64,000 nt of DNA. It comes from Clostridiales bacterium. GTDB lineage: Bacteria; Bacillota; Clostridia; Christensenellales; CAG-138. The DNA lies in the NCBI GenBank assembly GCA_024691085.1, contig JAILNX010000018.1:28591-92590 (forward strand). The letters run 5' to 3'. Position 1 is the stretch's first letter, and each line of letters starts with the position of its first letter. Position numbers and translations under genes: made by a program. Shown here piece after piece: positions 9,228 through 19,708 of the stretch. Below the pieces are notes generated by a model. It was not told the DNA's origin, searched no databases, and saw nothing but the letters and a program-made list of their open reading frames with translations.

Positions 9228-10443
9228 ATTTCGCGTAGCGTTTTATTATCCCGAGTATCACTCCGACCGCGGCGTCCATTCCTTCCACGGTCACATGCTC
9301 ATACGGACCGTGGTACGCGTAGCCGCCCGTTCCGAGGTTCGGACAGGGCAGGCCCATGAAGCTGAGCCTTGCGCCGTCGGTGCCGCCCCTGATGGGAGCG
9401 GTCAGCGCCTCGAGCCCGAGCTCCTCCACCGCCCTCTCGGCATTCTCGATAAGGTGGAAGCAGGGCTTGATCTTTTCGACCATGTTGAGGTACTGATCCG
9501 TTATCGTGACCTTGACAGTCCCCTCGCCGTATTTTGCGTTTAAAAGCTTTTCGATATGAAGGAGAGTCGCCTTCCTCGCCGTCATGATCTCGGACGAGTG
9601 ATCCCTTATGATGTAGCTCATCTCGGCATGCTCAGTGGTGCCGCCGAGCTCGACGAGATGATAGAATCCCTCGTAGTTCTCGGTATCCCTCGGCGTCTCG
9701 CCGGCGGGGAGCATCGAGTTGAATTCGCAGGCGACGAGAAGCGCGTTGATCATGATGTCCTTTGCGGAGCCGGGATGCACGTTGAAGCCGTTGATCTCGA
9801 CGTCCGCGGCGGCCGCGTTGAAGTTCTCGTACTCGATCACGTTCTCCTGACCGCCGTCGACGGTGTACGCGAAATCCGCGCCGAAGCCCTCGACGTCGAA
9901 ATGATCCGCGCCGGAGCCGATCTCCTCGTCGGGAGTGAATGCGATAAGGATCTTCCCGTGGGGGATGTCGCCGTTTATGACCGTCTCCGCGGCGGTGATG
10001 ATCTCTGCAACGCCCGCCTTATCGTCGGCTCCGAGAAGGCTCATGCCGTCGGTCACGATGAGCGTGCGGCCCTTAAGCGAGGCAAGATGAGGGAACTCCG
10101 CAGGGCTGAGCACCCTGCCGCTTTCGCCGAGCGCGACTTCGCCGCCGTCGTAGTTTTCGATGATGCGGGGCTTCACGTTCTCGCCGTTGAAGTCGGGCGC
10201 GGTATCCATGTGCGCGATAAAGCCGATGGCGGGCTTGTCCTCACAGCCCTGCGCCGCGGGTATGGTGCCGTAGACATAGCACATTTCGTCGACGCGCGCG
10301 TCGGCAACGCCGATCGCTTTAAGCTCATCAACGAGCATATTCGCGAGATCGAACTGCCTTTTCGAGGAAGGGACAGTCGATGATCCGGGATCGGACTTCG
10401 TATGCACCTTTACGTATTTGAGGAGCCTTTCGTATGCTTTCAT
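9226..10443 (-). CDS. pepT: peptidase T (tripeptide aminopeptidase, M20B)
   Basis: 405 aa ORF, MKAYERLLKYVKVHTKSDP..., HMDTAPDF, GADDKAG, PDEEIG motifs. Confidence 0.92.
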   Translation of the reverse strand: MKAYERLLKYVKVHTKSDPGSSTVPSSKRQFDLANMLVDELKAIGVADARVDEMCYVYGTIPAAQGCEDKPAIGFIAHMDTAPDFNGENVKPRIIENYDGGEVALGESGRVLSPAEFPHLASLKGRTLIVTDGMSLLGADDKAGVAEIITAAETVINGDIPHGKILIAFTPDEEIGSGADHFDVEGFGADFAYTVDGGQENVIEYENFNAAAADVEINGFNVHPGSAKDIMINALLVACEFNSMLPAGETPRDTENYEGFYHLVELGGTTEHAEMSYIIRDHSSEIMTARKATLLHIEKLLNAKYGEGTVKVTITDQYLNMVEKIKPCFHLIENAERAVEELGLEALTAPIRGGTDGARLSFMGLPCPNLGTGGYAYHGPYEHVTVEGMDAAVGVILGIIKRYAK

Positions 10444-10468
10444 ATGTGTCCTCCGTTATTATAAGTTT

Positions 10469-10500
10469 GGAAAAAGCGCCCGCGGTAAAGCGGGCGCTTT
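10469..10500 (-). terminator. hairpin/T-tract downstream of gap
   Basis: AAAGCGCCCGC (10473-10483) pairs with GCGGGCGCTTT (10490-10500), with T-run on the minus strand. It is only about 25 nt from the pepT start, so it may be a partial terminator. Confidence 0.5.
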
Positions 10501-10511
10501 GTCAATGCGGA

Positions 10512-11591
<1,080 letters not shown>

Positions 11592-11706
11592 TCAGCGGGC
11601 GGACGCGGAGTCCGCATCAATAGTTATTATACCACTTCCGCGATGAAAAGTATAGAGATAAATATGAATCTTTTGAAGATAATTCCCGAAAAAAAGGAAA
11701 TTAATC

Positions 11707-11735
11707 TTGACATGAAGAGTGTTTTGATGGATAAT
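11707..11735 (+). promoter_or_regulatory. sigma-A type promoter of glnS
   Basis: TTGACA (11707-11712), 17 nt spacer, GATAAT (11730-11735). Confidence 0.55.
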
Positions 11736-11750
11736 TCATAATGAATTATT

Positions 11751-13415
11751 ATGAGCCGGAGGCCGGTCATGGAAGATACAAACGTATCCCGCAGTTTTAT
11801 CGAAGAATACATCAAAGAGGACTATGAGAAATATCCCGTTGTCAAGACGAGGTTTCCCCCCGAACCCAACGGTTATCTGCATATAGGTCACGTCAAGGCG
11901 ATGTGGGTCGATTTCTCCATGGCGGAGAAGTTCGGCGGCAGCTGCAACCTGCGCTTTGACGACACGAACCCCGTAAAAGAGGACGTCGAGTACGTTGAGG
12001 CGATCAAGCAGGACATCAAATGGATGGGCTTTTCGTGGGATAAGCTCTGCTTCGGCAGCGATTATTTCGATAAGTGCTACGAGCTTGCGGTCAAGCTCAT
12101 CAAGAAGGGCGTCGCTTACGTATGCGACCTCGACAAGGATCAGATAAGGGAATACCGCGGAACGCTTACCGAGCCCGGTATCGACAGCCCTTACAGGAAC
12201 AGGTCCGTCGAGGAGAACCTCGATCTGTTCGAGCGCATGAAGAACGGCGAGTTCCCCGACGGCGCGAGGACGCTCCGCGCGAAGATCGACATGGCTTCCC
12301 CCAACATCAACATGCGCGATCCCGCTCTTTACCGCATACTCCACAGGAGCCATCATCATACCGGCGACAAGTGGTGCATCTACCCCATGTACGATTTCGC
12401 GCACCCCATACAGGACGCGATCGAGGGCGTGACGCATTCGCTCTGCTCGCTCGAGTATGAGGCGCACCGTCCGCTTTACAACTGGGTCATCGAACAGTGC
12501 GAGTTCGAGCACAAGCCCCGCCAGATCGAGTTCGCGAGGCTGAACATTACGAACACCGTCATGAGCAAGCGTTACCTGCGCATGATGGTCGAGAACGGCG
12601 TCGTCTCCGGATGGGACGATCCGAGGATGCCGACGCTCTGCGCCATGCGCCGCAGGGGCTACCCCGCCGCTGCGATCCGCGATTTCCTTGAAAGGGCGGG
12701 CGTCGCGAAGGCCGACTCGACCGTGGATTACGCCATGCTCGAGCACTGCGTAAGGGAGAACCTGAATCTTTCCGCTTTAAGGACGATGGCAGTCATCGAT
12801 CCCGTAAAGCTCGTTATCGAGAACTGGGACGGCGATAAGACCGAGGACGTCGAGCTTGAGAACCTTCCCGTCGACGGCGTTGAGAACGGCGGCACGCACT
12901 CCGTCCCCTTCGGACGCGAGCTTTATATCGAGCGCGACGACTTCATGATCGATCCGCCCAAGAAATACTTCCGTCTTAAGCCGGACGGCGAGGTTCGCCT
13001 GAAGGGCGCCTACATAATCAAATGCACGGGTTGGGAGACCGACGAAAACGGCCGCGTCACCCTCATCCGCGCGGAATACGATCCCGAGAGCCGCTCGGGC
13101 GATTGTCAGCGCAAGGTCAAGGGCACCATCCATTGGGTACCCGCGGCAAGCGCCGTTCCCGCCGAGTTCAGGCTTTACGAGCCGCTTTTCACGACGACCG
13201 AGGTCGACACCGACCGCATACTCGACTTTATCGACCCGAACTCCGTCACCGTGATGCACGGCTTTGTCGAGCCGTATCTTAACGGCGCAAAGCCCGGCGC
13301 GCCGTATCAGTTCATGCGCGTCGGCTACTTCACCGCGGATCCCGATTCCCGTGAAGGCGCGCCCGTCTTCAACCGCACAGTCGGTCTTAAGGACAGCTAC
13401 AAGCCCGCGCAGTAA
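11751..13415 (+). CDS. glnS: glutamine--tRNA ligase
   Basis: 554 aa ORF with class I HIGH ([11 protein letters not shown]) and KMSKS-like (VMSKR) motifs and GlnRS-type C-terminal beta-barrels. The real start is probably ATG 11769 (MEDTN...), preceded by GGAGG at 11758-11762. Confidence 0.95.
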   Translation: MSRRPVMEDTNVSRSFIEEYIKEDYEKYPVVKTRFPPEPNGYLHIGHVKAMWVDFSMAEKFGGSCNLRFDDTNPVKEDVEYVEAIKQDIKWMGFSWDKLCFGSDYFDKCYELAVKLIKKGVAYVCDLDKDQIREYRGTLTEPGIDSPYRNRSVEENLDLFERMKNGEFPDGARTLRAKIDMASPNINMRDPALYRILHRSHHHTGDKWCIYPMYDFAHPIQDAIEGVTHSLCSLEYEAHRPLYNWVIEQCEFEHKPRQIEFARLNITNTVMSKRYLRMMVENGVVSGWDDPRMPTLCAMRRRGYPAAAIRDFLERAGVAKADSTVDYAMLEHCVRENLNLSALRTMAVIDPVKLVIENWDGDKTEDVELENLPVDGVENGGTHSVPFGRELYIERDDFMIDPPKKYFRLKPDGEVRLKGAYIIKCTGWETDENGRVTLIRAEYDPESRSGDCQRKVKGTIHWVPAASAVPAEFRLYEPLFTTTEVDTDRILDFIDPNSVTVMHGFVEPYLNGAKPGAPYQFMRVGYFTADPDSREGAPVFNRTVGLKDSYKPAQ

Positions 13416-13436
13416 GCGGGAACTATTCGAGTTTAA

Positions 13437-14630
13437 ATGGAAGAGAACAAGAACGTCAAAAGAATAGCGGCTCCCGAAAAGCTGAGCAGAGTCTGGATGG
13501 TCGTCCTGATCTTTGCGGCTCTGCTTGCCGCCGCTTGCTTTGCCGTCATAAGATTCCATTTGAAAGACGACAGGAAGGACGTTCACGGGAGTCCCGTGCC
13601 TACGGCCTCAACTCCGGCTCCTGCCGAGAGCGAAGCGATCGTCACTCCCTCCCCCGTCCCGTTCGTTTCCGAGACGCCGGCAGATCCCACTGTCACTGAG
13701 ACGCCGCCCCGCGTCTATTCCAAGACGGCGATCGTCGTTGACGGAAAGACAGCGGTCATTATGGCAAGCCGCGAGGCCGCGGAGGAGCTTTTGAGGAACG
13801 TCGAGAATCATTTCTTAAGCGCGGGAAATATGCCCGACAACGCCGTTACCGAGCTCCGCACCCCCATCGAGCTCGTCGACGCGCCCGACGACGCTGAGAC
13901 CACGACCTACGACGCCGCGTTCTCGCTTCTTATCGGCAAAAAAACGCCGCTCGTCTATATCAGCACGGCGACGTTCGTCGAGGAGGTATATACCCAGCAT
14001 AAGACCACGATCATCGAGGACAGCAGTCTTCCCGTCGGTCACCGCATTGTCGAGATCTACGGCATGGACGGCATCGAGCGCAACACGCACACGGTCGTGT
14101 TCTTTAACGCGATAAAGCAGTCGGACACCGTTTCGGAGTCCTTCACGGTAAGGGGCTTCGTAAACGGAGTCGTCCGCGTGGGAGTCAAGCAGATCGACGA
14201 GAACTTCGTTCTGTCCTCCGAATACGGAAAGGATCCCTCTGCTGCAAAGGAGCTTGATTTCACGGTCCCCGTCAAAGGCAAAATAATCAAGTATTTCGGC
14301 CCGAACGAGGACGTATTCCACCAGGGGATCGACGTCAATGCGGCCGACGGCACGCCCGTATGCGCGGCCTGCGGCGGCACCGTTGTGTCTGTAATGGTTC
14401 GCGGCGCATATGGTTTAATGGTCGAGATCGACCACGGGAACGGCGTAACCACGCGCTATGCCCGCCTTAAGAACGTGACCGTCGCTATCGGCGACACGGT
14501 CTCCGCCGGCGATGAGATCGGCTTCGTTTCCGGCGACGAGTATTCGTCGTTCCTTCACTTTGAACTGAGGATCAGGTGCATTGCGTATAATCCCTTGAAG
14601 GTCCTCAAAGAACGCGACTTCAGAAGCTGA
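13437..14630 (+). CDS. membrane-anchored M23/LytM-domain protein
   Basis: 397 aa ORF with N-terminal TM (VWMVVLIFAALLAAACFAVI), a P/T/S-rich linker, and a C-terminal LytM domain (HQGIDV..., IDHGNG, FLHFEL). Confidence 0.8.
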   Translation: MEENKNVKRIAAPEKLSRVWMVVLIFAALLAAACFAVIRFHLKDDRKDVHGSPVPTASTPAPAESEAIVTPSPVPFVSETPADPTVTETPPRVYSKTAIVVDGKTAVIMASREAAEELLRNVENHFLSAGNMPDNAVTELRTPIELVDAPDDAETTTYDAAFSLLIGKKTPLVYISTATFVEEVYTQHKTTIIEDSSLPVGHRIVEIYGMDGIERNTHTVVFFNAIKQSDTVSESFTVRGFVNGVVRVGVKQIDENFVLSSEYGKDPSAAKELDFTVPVKGKIIKYFGPNEDVFHQGIDVNAADGTPVCAACGGTVVSVMVRGAYGLMVEIDHGNGVTTRYARLKNVTVAIGDTVSAGDEIGFVSGDEYSSFLHFELRIRCIAYNPLKVLKERDFRS

Positions 14631-14713
14631 ACGGGGAACGCCCCGGAAGGCTTATTATAATCATCGACCCACAGGAGGATGCTCCCCTTTTACGGGAGCG
14701 GTAAAGTTAATTT

Positions 14714-15985
14714 ATGGCATATTACAGGATCACGGGCGGCAAGCCCCTTGAAGGACAGGTCACTATCAGCGGAGCCAAGAACGCGGCTCTCGCGATCATA
14801 CCCGCCGCCATCCTTGCGGGACAGCCCTGCGTTTTGGAAAACCTTCCGCTTATCGAGGACGTTCACGTGCTTACGGAGATCTTGCGCCTTATGGGTGCGG
14901 AGGTCGAGCTTAACGAGAACGGCTGCATGCGCATCGACCCCACCAAGATCGACAACTTCGAGGTGACTTTCGATATGGTATCGAAGCTGCGCGCTTCTTA
15001 CTATCTGCTCGGTGCCATGCTCGGCAGATACGGTCACGCGGCGCTTGCGCTTCCCGGAGGCTGCTCCATCGGCAACCGTCCCATCGACTTCCATATCAAG
15101 GGCATGCGCGCTCTCGGCGCGACCGTCGAAATAAGAAACGGCATCGTCTATGCTCACGCCGACGAGCTTCACGGCGCGGAGATCTATCTTGACATGGCAA
15201 GCGTCGGAGCGACGATCAATATCATGCTTGCCGCCTGCCGCGCGGAGGGCATGACCGTCATCTCCAACGCCGCGAAGGAGCCCCACGTCGTCGACGTCGC
15301 AAACTTCCTCAATATGATGGGCGCTTCCATCAAGGGCGCCGGCACCGACGTCATCAGGATCCGCGGCCGCAAGGAGCTGCACGGATGCAGCTATGCCATT
15401 ATCCCCGACCAGATCGAGGCGGGCACGTTCATGATCGCCGCCGTAGCCACGAAGGGCAACGTCATAATAAACAATATCATCCCCACTCACCTTGAGGCGA
15501 TTTCCGCAAAGCTCATGGAGTGCGGCGCGCACATCACCGAGGGCGACGACGGAAGCGAGTTCTTCCTCCAGGTACAGGGCGGCGACAGGCTGCGCGCGGT
15601 CAATATCAAGACTCTTCCCTACCCCGGCTTCCCGACCGATCTTCAGCAGCCCATAATGGCGCTTCTGACCATGTCGAAGGGCAACAGCTATATCGTTGAG
15701 AACATCTTTGAGGACAGGTTCAATCACGTCCCGGAACTCATCAGAATGGGTGCGTCCATCAACGTGAACGGCAGGACGGCAATAATCGAGGGCGTCGACA
15801 AGCTCTACGGCGCGTCCGTAAGGGCGACCGACCTAAGGGCGGGCGCGGCGCTCATAATCGCGGCTCTCAGCGCGGAGGGCACGAGCATCGTAAGGAACAT
15901 CCACTTCATCGACAGGGGCTACGAGCATTTCGAGCAGAAGCTCCGCGCTCTCGGCGCAGATATCGAAAGGATCGAGGAAGACTGA
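14714..15985 (+). CDS. murA: UDP-N-acetylglucosamine 1-carboxyvinyltransferase
   Basis: 423 aa ORF, ISGAKNAALAIIPAA, catalytic Cys in LPGGCSIGNRPID. Confidence 0.95.
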   Translation: MAYYRITGGKPLEGQVTISGAKNAALAIIPAAILAGQPCVLENLPLIEDVHVLTEILRLMGAEVELNENGCMRIDPTKIDNFEVTFDMVSKLRASYYLLGAMLGRYGHAALALPGGCSIGNRPIDFHIKGMRALGATVEIRNGIVYAHADELHGAEIYLDMASVGATINIMLAACRAEGMTVISNAAKEPHVVDVANFLNMMGASIKGAGTDVIRIRGRKELHGCSYAIIPDQIEAGTFMIAAVATKGNVIINNIIPTHLEAISAKLMECGAHITEGDDGSEFFLQVQGGDRLRAVNIKTLPYPGFPTDLQQPIMALLTMSKGNSYIVENIFEDRFNHVPELIRMGASINVNGRTAIIEGVDKLYGASVRATDLRAGAALIIAALSAEGTSIVRNIHFIDRGYEHFEQKLRALGADIERIEED

Positions 15986-15997
15986 TCGAGAAATAAC

Positions 15998-16024
15998 AAA
16001 AGCCGCTTTAAGCGGCTTTTTTTT
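15998..16024. terminator. bidirectional terminator between murA and the amidohydrolase gene
   Basis: AAAAGCCGC-ttta-AGCGGCTTTTTTTT. Confidence 0.75.
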
Positions 16025-17399
16025 ACTTTCTCAGGTCGCCGTAGGGCGGGAACCAGGTCTTGTCCCCGCTCGCGTCAAGTCTTTCCCACAGCGCGTCGGA
16101 AGAGCGCCTTATCTTCTCTCTTATGCCTTCCTCGTCGAACGCGACTATCTTCCTGTCTCGCATGAGCACCCTGCCCGCGCACATCGTCATAGCGCAGTCA
16201 GCGCCGCTCGCGCCGAGTATAAGCTGCGGGTACGCGTTTTCCGCGTCGAACCTTGTAAGAGGCTTATGATCGAGCACGATCACGTCTGCAGGCGCGCCTT
16301 CCGTAAGCGTGCCTATGCCCTTTGGGAAGTACTGCTCCGCTATCTCCCTATTGTTTTCAAACAGGAGCTTCGCCGCCTGCGGGACGCCCGTATAGCACTT
16401 GCCGGTCCTGCTTCTTTCGGCAAGCACGAACGCCCTTGCGGTCTCGAGCATATCGAATGTGAACGAGTCCGTGCCGAGGCCGACTCTGATCCCCTTATTA
16501 AGCATGTCCGTGACTGCGGCGGCGCCGACGGCGTTCGACATATTCGACTGCGGACAGTTAACGACCGAGGCTCCGGACGCCGCGATTATATCGAGCTCCT
16601 TATCTTTAGTATGCACGCAGTGAACGAGTATCGACCGGTCGGTGACCGCGCCGAGCTCTGAAAGCCTGCCAAGGGGAGTCTTGCCGTAATTGAGCAGGCA
16701 GACGCTCCCGTCCTCCGCGCCCTCGGATACGTGAACGTGGAAGCCGACGCGTCCCGCGTTTCTATTTACGCAGTCGGTGATATCGAAGTCCGAGAGCGTG
16801 AACGGCGCATGAAGCCCGAACATGGCCTTAAGCCTGCTGTCGCCGAAAGACTCGCAATAGCCTAAAAAGCTCTCGTTTTCCGCGATCGCCTCCGAGCACG
16901 CCTTGAAGCCGCATCGCTGGCTCGTTTCGTAGCACAGGCAGCCTCTTACGCCGGTCTCCTGTACCGCGCCGGCTATCGCGAAGAGCGATCCCTTAACGCC
17001 TTTGAAGCTTGCGTGATGGTCGAAAACGGTCGTGACGCCGTTTCGTATGCACCTGATCAGCCCCGCGTACGCGCCTGCCGCGACGTCATAAAAATCGAGC
17101 TCGCCGTCGAGCTTCCAGCTCCTTTTGCAGAGGTTTTCATAGAGCGAATCGGGCGTGAAATCCTTAAGCGCGTAGCCGCTCATGAGCGTTGAATAGAGAT
17201 GCGCGTGAGCGTTTATCATTCCGGGCATGATGATCCCGCCCTCTGCGTCAATAAACTCCGCTTCGGGGCAAGCGTCCTTCAGCTCAGCGTACAGGCCGAC
17301 GCGCTTGATCGAGTCGCCGTCCGTCAGCACCGCGCCCTTTTCAAAGAAGGATCCGTCCTTGTCGTTCGTTATCACACGGCCGTTTCCGATGAGATACAT
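16023..17399 (-). CDS. amidohydrolase family protein (SsnA/chlorohydrolase-like)
   Basis: Metal-dependent hydrolase motifs (PGMINAHAHLYS, HVHVSE, VHCVH, GTDS). I place the start at ATG 17399 (MYLIGNGRV...), which has a GGGAGA Shine-Dalgarno. The tracked ORF's first 31 codons lie in AT-rich promoter sequence. Confidence 0.7.
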   Translation of the reverse strand: MYLIGNGRVITNDKDGSFFEKGAVLTDGDSIKRVGLYAELKDACPEAEFIDAEGGIIMPGMINAHAHLYSTLMSGYALKDFTPDSLYENLCKRSWKLDGELDFYDVAAGAYAGLIRCIRNGVTTVFDHHASFKGVKGSLFAIAGAVQETGVRGCLCYETSQRCGFKACSEAIAENESFLGYCESFGDSRLKAMFGLHAPFTLSDFDITDCVNRNAGRVGFHVHVSEGAEDGSVCLLNYGKTPLGRLSELGAVTDRSILVHCVHTKDKELDIIAASGASVVNCPQSNMSNAVGAAAVTDMLNKGIRVGLGTDSFTFDMLETARAFVLAERSRTGKCYTGVPQAAKLLFENNREIAEQYFPKGIGTLTEGAPADVIVLDHKPLTRFDAENAYPQLILGASGADCAMTMCAGRVLMRDRKIVAFDEEGIREKIRRSSDALWERLDASGDKTWFPPYGDLRK

Positions 17400-17563
17400 A
17401 TCGTTTTTTCTCCCGTATTTTGTCGAGCTATAATATTTTAACACCTGCGTTTTTATTATGCAACAATGTATTATCGGCTTGTATATCGGCAAAAAATGTG
17501 GTATACTTATATTTGTTATGATAAGTCGGTCGTAATATTGTCCCGATAATTGGAGGTAAATCT

Positions 17564-18325
17564 ATGATCTGTTCTAAATGCGGATATGTTGCCCTTGACG
17601 GCGACGTTTTCTGTATCAAATGCGGCAACCCCTTGAACCAGCCCGAACCCGCCGTTCAGGAGGAAGCGCAGCCTGTCGCCGATGAGATCCGTGAGGAAGT
17701 GATCGAGGCCGCCAAGCCCGCCCCGGAGGTTTTTGAAGAGGCCGAGGCTGTAAAAGAAGAAGTGACCGAGACAGTTGTTGAGCCGGTCGAAGAAGTCGAG
17801 GAACAGGTCGAAGCGATCGAGGAAGCTGTCGAGACCGCTCCCGTTGAAGAAACGAAGAGGGATCTGTTTGCCGTAAAGACTCCGAAGAGCGAGGAGGAAG
17901 TTCCCGTTTCAGAAGCCGAGCCCGAACCCGAGGAAGAGAAGCCCGAAGAGGCCCCCGCCGTCGAGACGGTCGTCTGCGAGGATCCCGACGCGCAGGAAAA
18001 CGACGAGCCCGAGGAAGAGGAGACCGAAGCCCCGAAAAAGCCGCGCAGGAGCATACTTACCCGCATTGAAAGGCCTCTCTCGGTATGGGGATTCTTCTGG
18101 CGCACTGTACTGTTCGCGATCCCGGTCGTCAACATTATCCCGCTTTTCGTTTTCGCTTTCGCGCCCGGTATAAACAAGAACAGCAAGAACTATGCGTCCG
18201 CGATACTGATTCTCCTGCTCATCGGTCTGATCGTCTCCGTGATAGTCGGTTTCCTGGTATTCTCGTCCACCGACCCGACCGTGCTGCACGATTTCATTCT
18301 CAAGTACTTCAAGATCTCTATCTGA
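17564..18325 (+). CDS. zinc-ribbon protein with acidic low-complexity linker and C-terminal TM helices
   Basis: 253 aa ORF with GGAGG Shine-Dalgarno, CSKCG...CIKCG zinc ribbon, an E/V/P-rich region, and two hydrophobic helices at the C-terminus. Confidence 0.6.
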   Translation: MICSKCGYVALDGDVFCIKCGNPLNQPEPAVQEEAQPVADEIREEVIEAAKPAPEVFEEAEAVKEEVTETVVEPVEEVEEQVEAIEEAVETAPVEETKRDLFAVKTPKSEEEVPVSEAEPEPEEEKPEEAPAVETVVCEDPDAQENDEPEEEETEAPKKPRRSILTRIERPLSVWGFFWRTVLFAIPVVNIIPLFVFAFAPGINKNSKNYASAILILLLIGLIVSVIVGFLVFSSTDPTVLHDFILKYFKISI

Positions 18326-18332
18326 TCCTAAC

Positions 18333-18362
18333 GAAAAGCGCCGCGTGTGCGGCGCTTTTTTT
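18333..18362. terminator. bidirectional terminator
   Basis: AAAA, then AGCGCCGC-gtgt-GCGGCGCT, then TTTTTT. Confidence 0.8.
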
Positions 18363-19098
18363 ATGCGTCAAAGCCCGTGAATATCTTGAAAGCTCTCAGC
18401 GCCTGCATATAGAGCATCCGGCTGCCGTCGACAGTTCCGAGGCCTCGCATTGCGGCTTCGGATATCAGTTTGGTTTTCCCGCTCTCGAGATAGACTATAT
18501 CGAAGACTAAACCTGGGCAAATCGTGTCGAGTAAGCGGAAATCGCTGAAGTCCTCCCTTCCCTTCATGCCGAGCGGAGTCGCGTTGATAAAGAGGTCGGC
18601 AGTTTCATGAAAATCCGTAATCAGACGCTCGTCGAACGAGGTCGAGCCGCTTAAGCTCCTTACGAGGAACATGGGCTTTGCTCCGTTTCTTTCGAGCGCT
18701 CTGTATGTCGATCCGGCCGCCCCGCCCCTTCCGAGTATGCAGGCGGTCTTCCCTTCGGGATCGAACCCCGCCTCGCGGAGCGCGTCAACAAGCCCGTCTC
18801 CGTCGGTATTGAAGCCTGTATAGACGCCGCCCGCAGTGCTAACGATATTCACCGCGCCGCAGTCCGCCGCCGTGCCGTCAAGGCGGTCGAGATAAGGGAT
18901 GATAGCTTTTTTCAGCGGCATTGTGACCGCGAAGCCGTAAAGATCAGCGGTGATGCTCCGTAAGTCGGGAAGCATATCCGTATCGAAAAGGATCTTCGAA
19001 AAATCCGCCTCGATCCCGTATTTTTCAAAAAGAGGGGCGTAGATCTCCGGGGATTTCGAATGCGCTATCGGGCTGCCGATGACCGCGAAACGTTTCAT
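18361..19098 (-). CDS. aroE: shikimate dehydrogenase
   Basis: FAVIGSPIAHSKSPEIY, NVTMPLK-like (AVTMPLK), NTDG motifs. Start placed at ATG 19098 (AAGGAA Shine-Dalgarno upstream); the tracked ORF starts 10 codons further upstream without a Shine-Dalgarno. Confidence 0.88.
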   Translation of the reverse strand: MKRFAVIGSPIAHSKSPEIYAPLFEKYGIEADFSKILFDTDMLPDLRSITADLYGFAVTMPLKKAIIPYLDRLDGTAADCGAVNIVSTAGGVYTGFNTDGDGLVDALREAGFDPEGKTACILGRGGAAGSTYRALERNGAKPMFLVRSLSGSTSFDERLITDFHETADLFINATPLGMKGREDFSDFRLLDTICPGLVFDIVYLESGKTKLISEAAMRGLGTVDGSRMLYMQALRAFKIFTGFDA

Positions 19099-19207
19099 AA
19101 ACAATCGATTCCTTGCTTTAATTTTCATTTATTGTATCATAAATAGACCGATTATGCTATAATGAAGCCGGAACAACAAATGATAATTTGATCGTATCGG
19201 AGGGAAC

Positions 19208-19639
19208 ATGAAGCTTTTGATACTTAACGGGCCTAATCTGAACATGACCGGCTTCCGCGAGCCGGAGATCTACGGAGCGAGAACTATGGACGAGATCATT
19301 AAGGATCTGTCCGTTCGTTCGGAAAAGCTCGGGATCGGGATAGATCACGTCATAACCAATTACGAGGGAAAACTCATAGATGAGCTTCAGACAGCACACG
19401 AGCGGTATGACGGCGTACTTCTGAACGCCGGCGCGCTTACGCACTATTCCTACGCTTTGCGGGACGCGATCGCCGCCTGCCGGATTCCGGTGGGAGAGAT
19501 CCATATGAGCGACATACTCGCCCGCGAGAGCTTCCGCGCGAACGACGTGATATTCGACGTATGCGCGTTCAGAGTGATGGGACTCGGCGAGGAGAGCTAT
19601 TTCCGCGGAGTCGAGGAGATGGCAAAGCTCCTGATCTGA
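19208..19639 (+). CDS. aroQ: type II 3-dehydroquinate dehydratase
   Basis: 143 aa ORF, MKLLILNGPNLNMTGFREPEIYG, HMSD motif. Confidence 0.93.
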   Translation: MKLLILNGPNLNMTGFREPEIYGARTMDEIIKDLSVRSEKLGIGIDHVITNYEGKLIDELQTAHERYDGVLLNAGALTHYSYALRDAIAACRIPVGEIHMSDILARESFRANDVIFDVCAFRVMGLGEESYFRGVEEMAKLLI

Positions 19640-19645
19640 CAGATA

Positions 19646-19683
19646 TAAAAAACAACGGCCGCCGTATTGCGGCCGTTGTTTTT
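19646..19683. terminator. bidirectional terminator between aroQ and the cohesin-module gene
   Basis: AAAAA, then AACAACGGCCGC-cgtatt-GCGGCCGTTGTT, then TTT. Confidence 0.8.
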
Positions 19684-19708
19684 GTTATTCAATCAGAATC
19701 CGTTCTGA

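Noticed and set aside
11736-12746. Long ORFs antisense to recognised genes. Examples: 11736-12746 opposite glnS, 2380-3573 and 3988-4974 opposite infB, 19796-21496 opposite the cohesin gene, 41623-43416 opposite the carboxypeptidase, 45553-46974 opposite the lipoproteins, 56080-57606 opposite iorA, 60290-61264 opposite pcrA, and 58572-59738 opposite the patB-like gene.
   Set aside because: These are mirror ORFs expected in GC-rich coding DNA. Their translations are R/G/A/D/V-rich low-complexity sequences without motifs, and each fully overlaps a gene with strong family signatures on the other strand.
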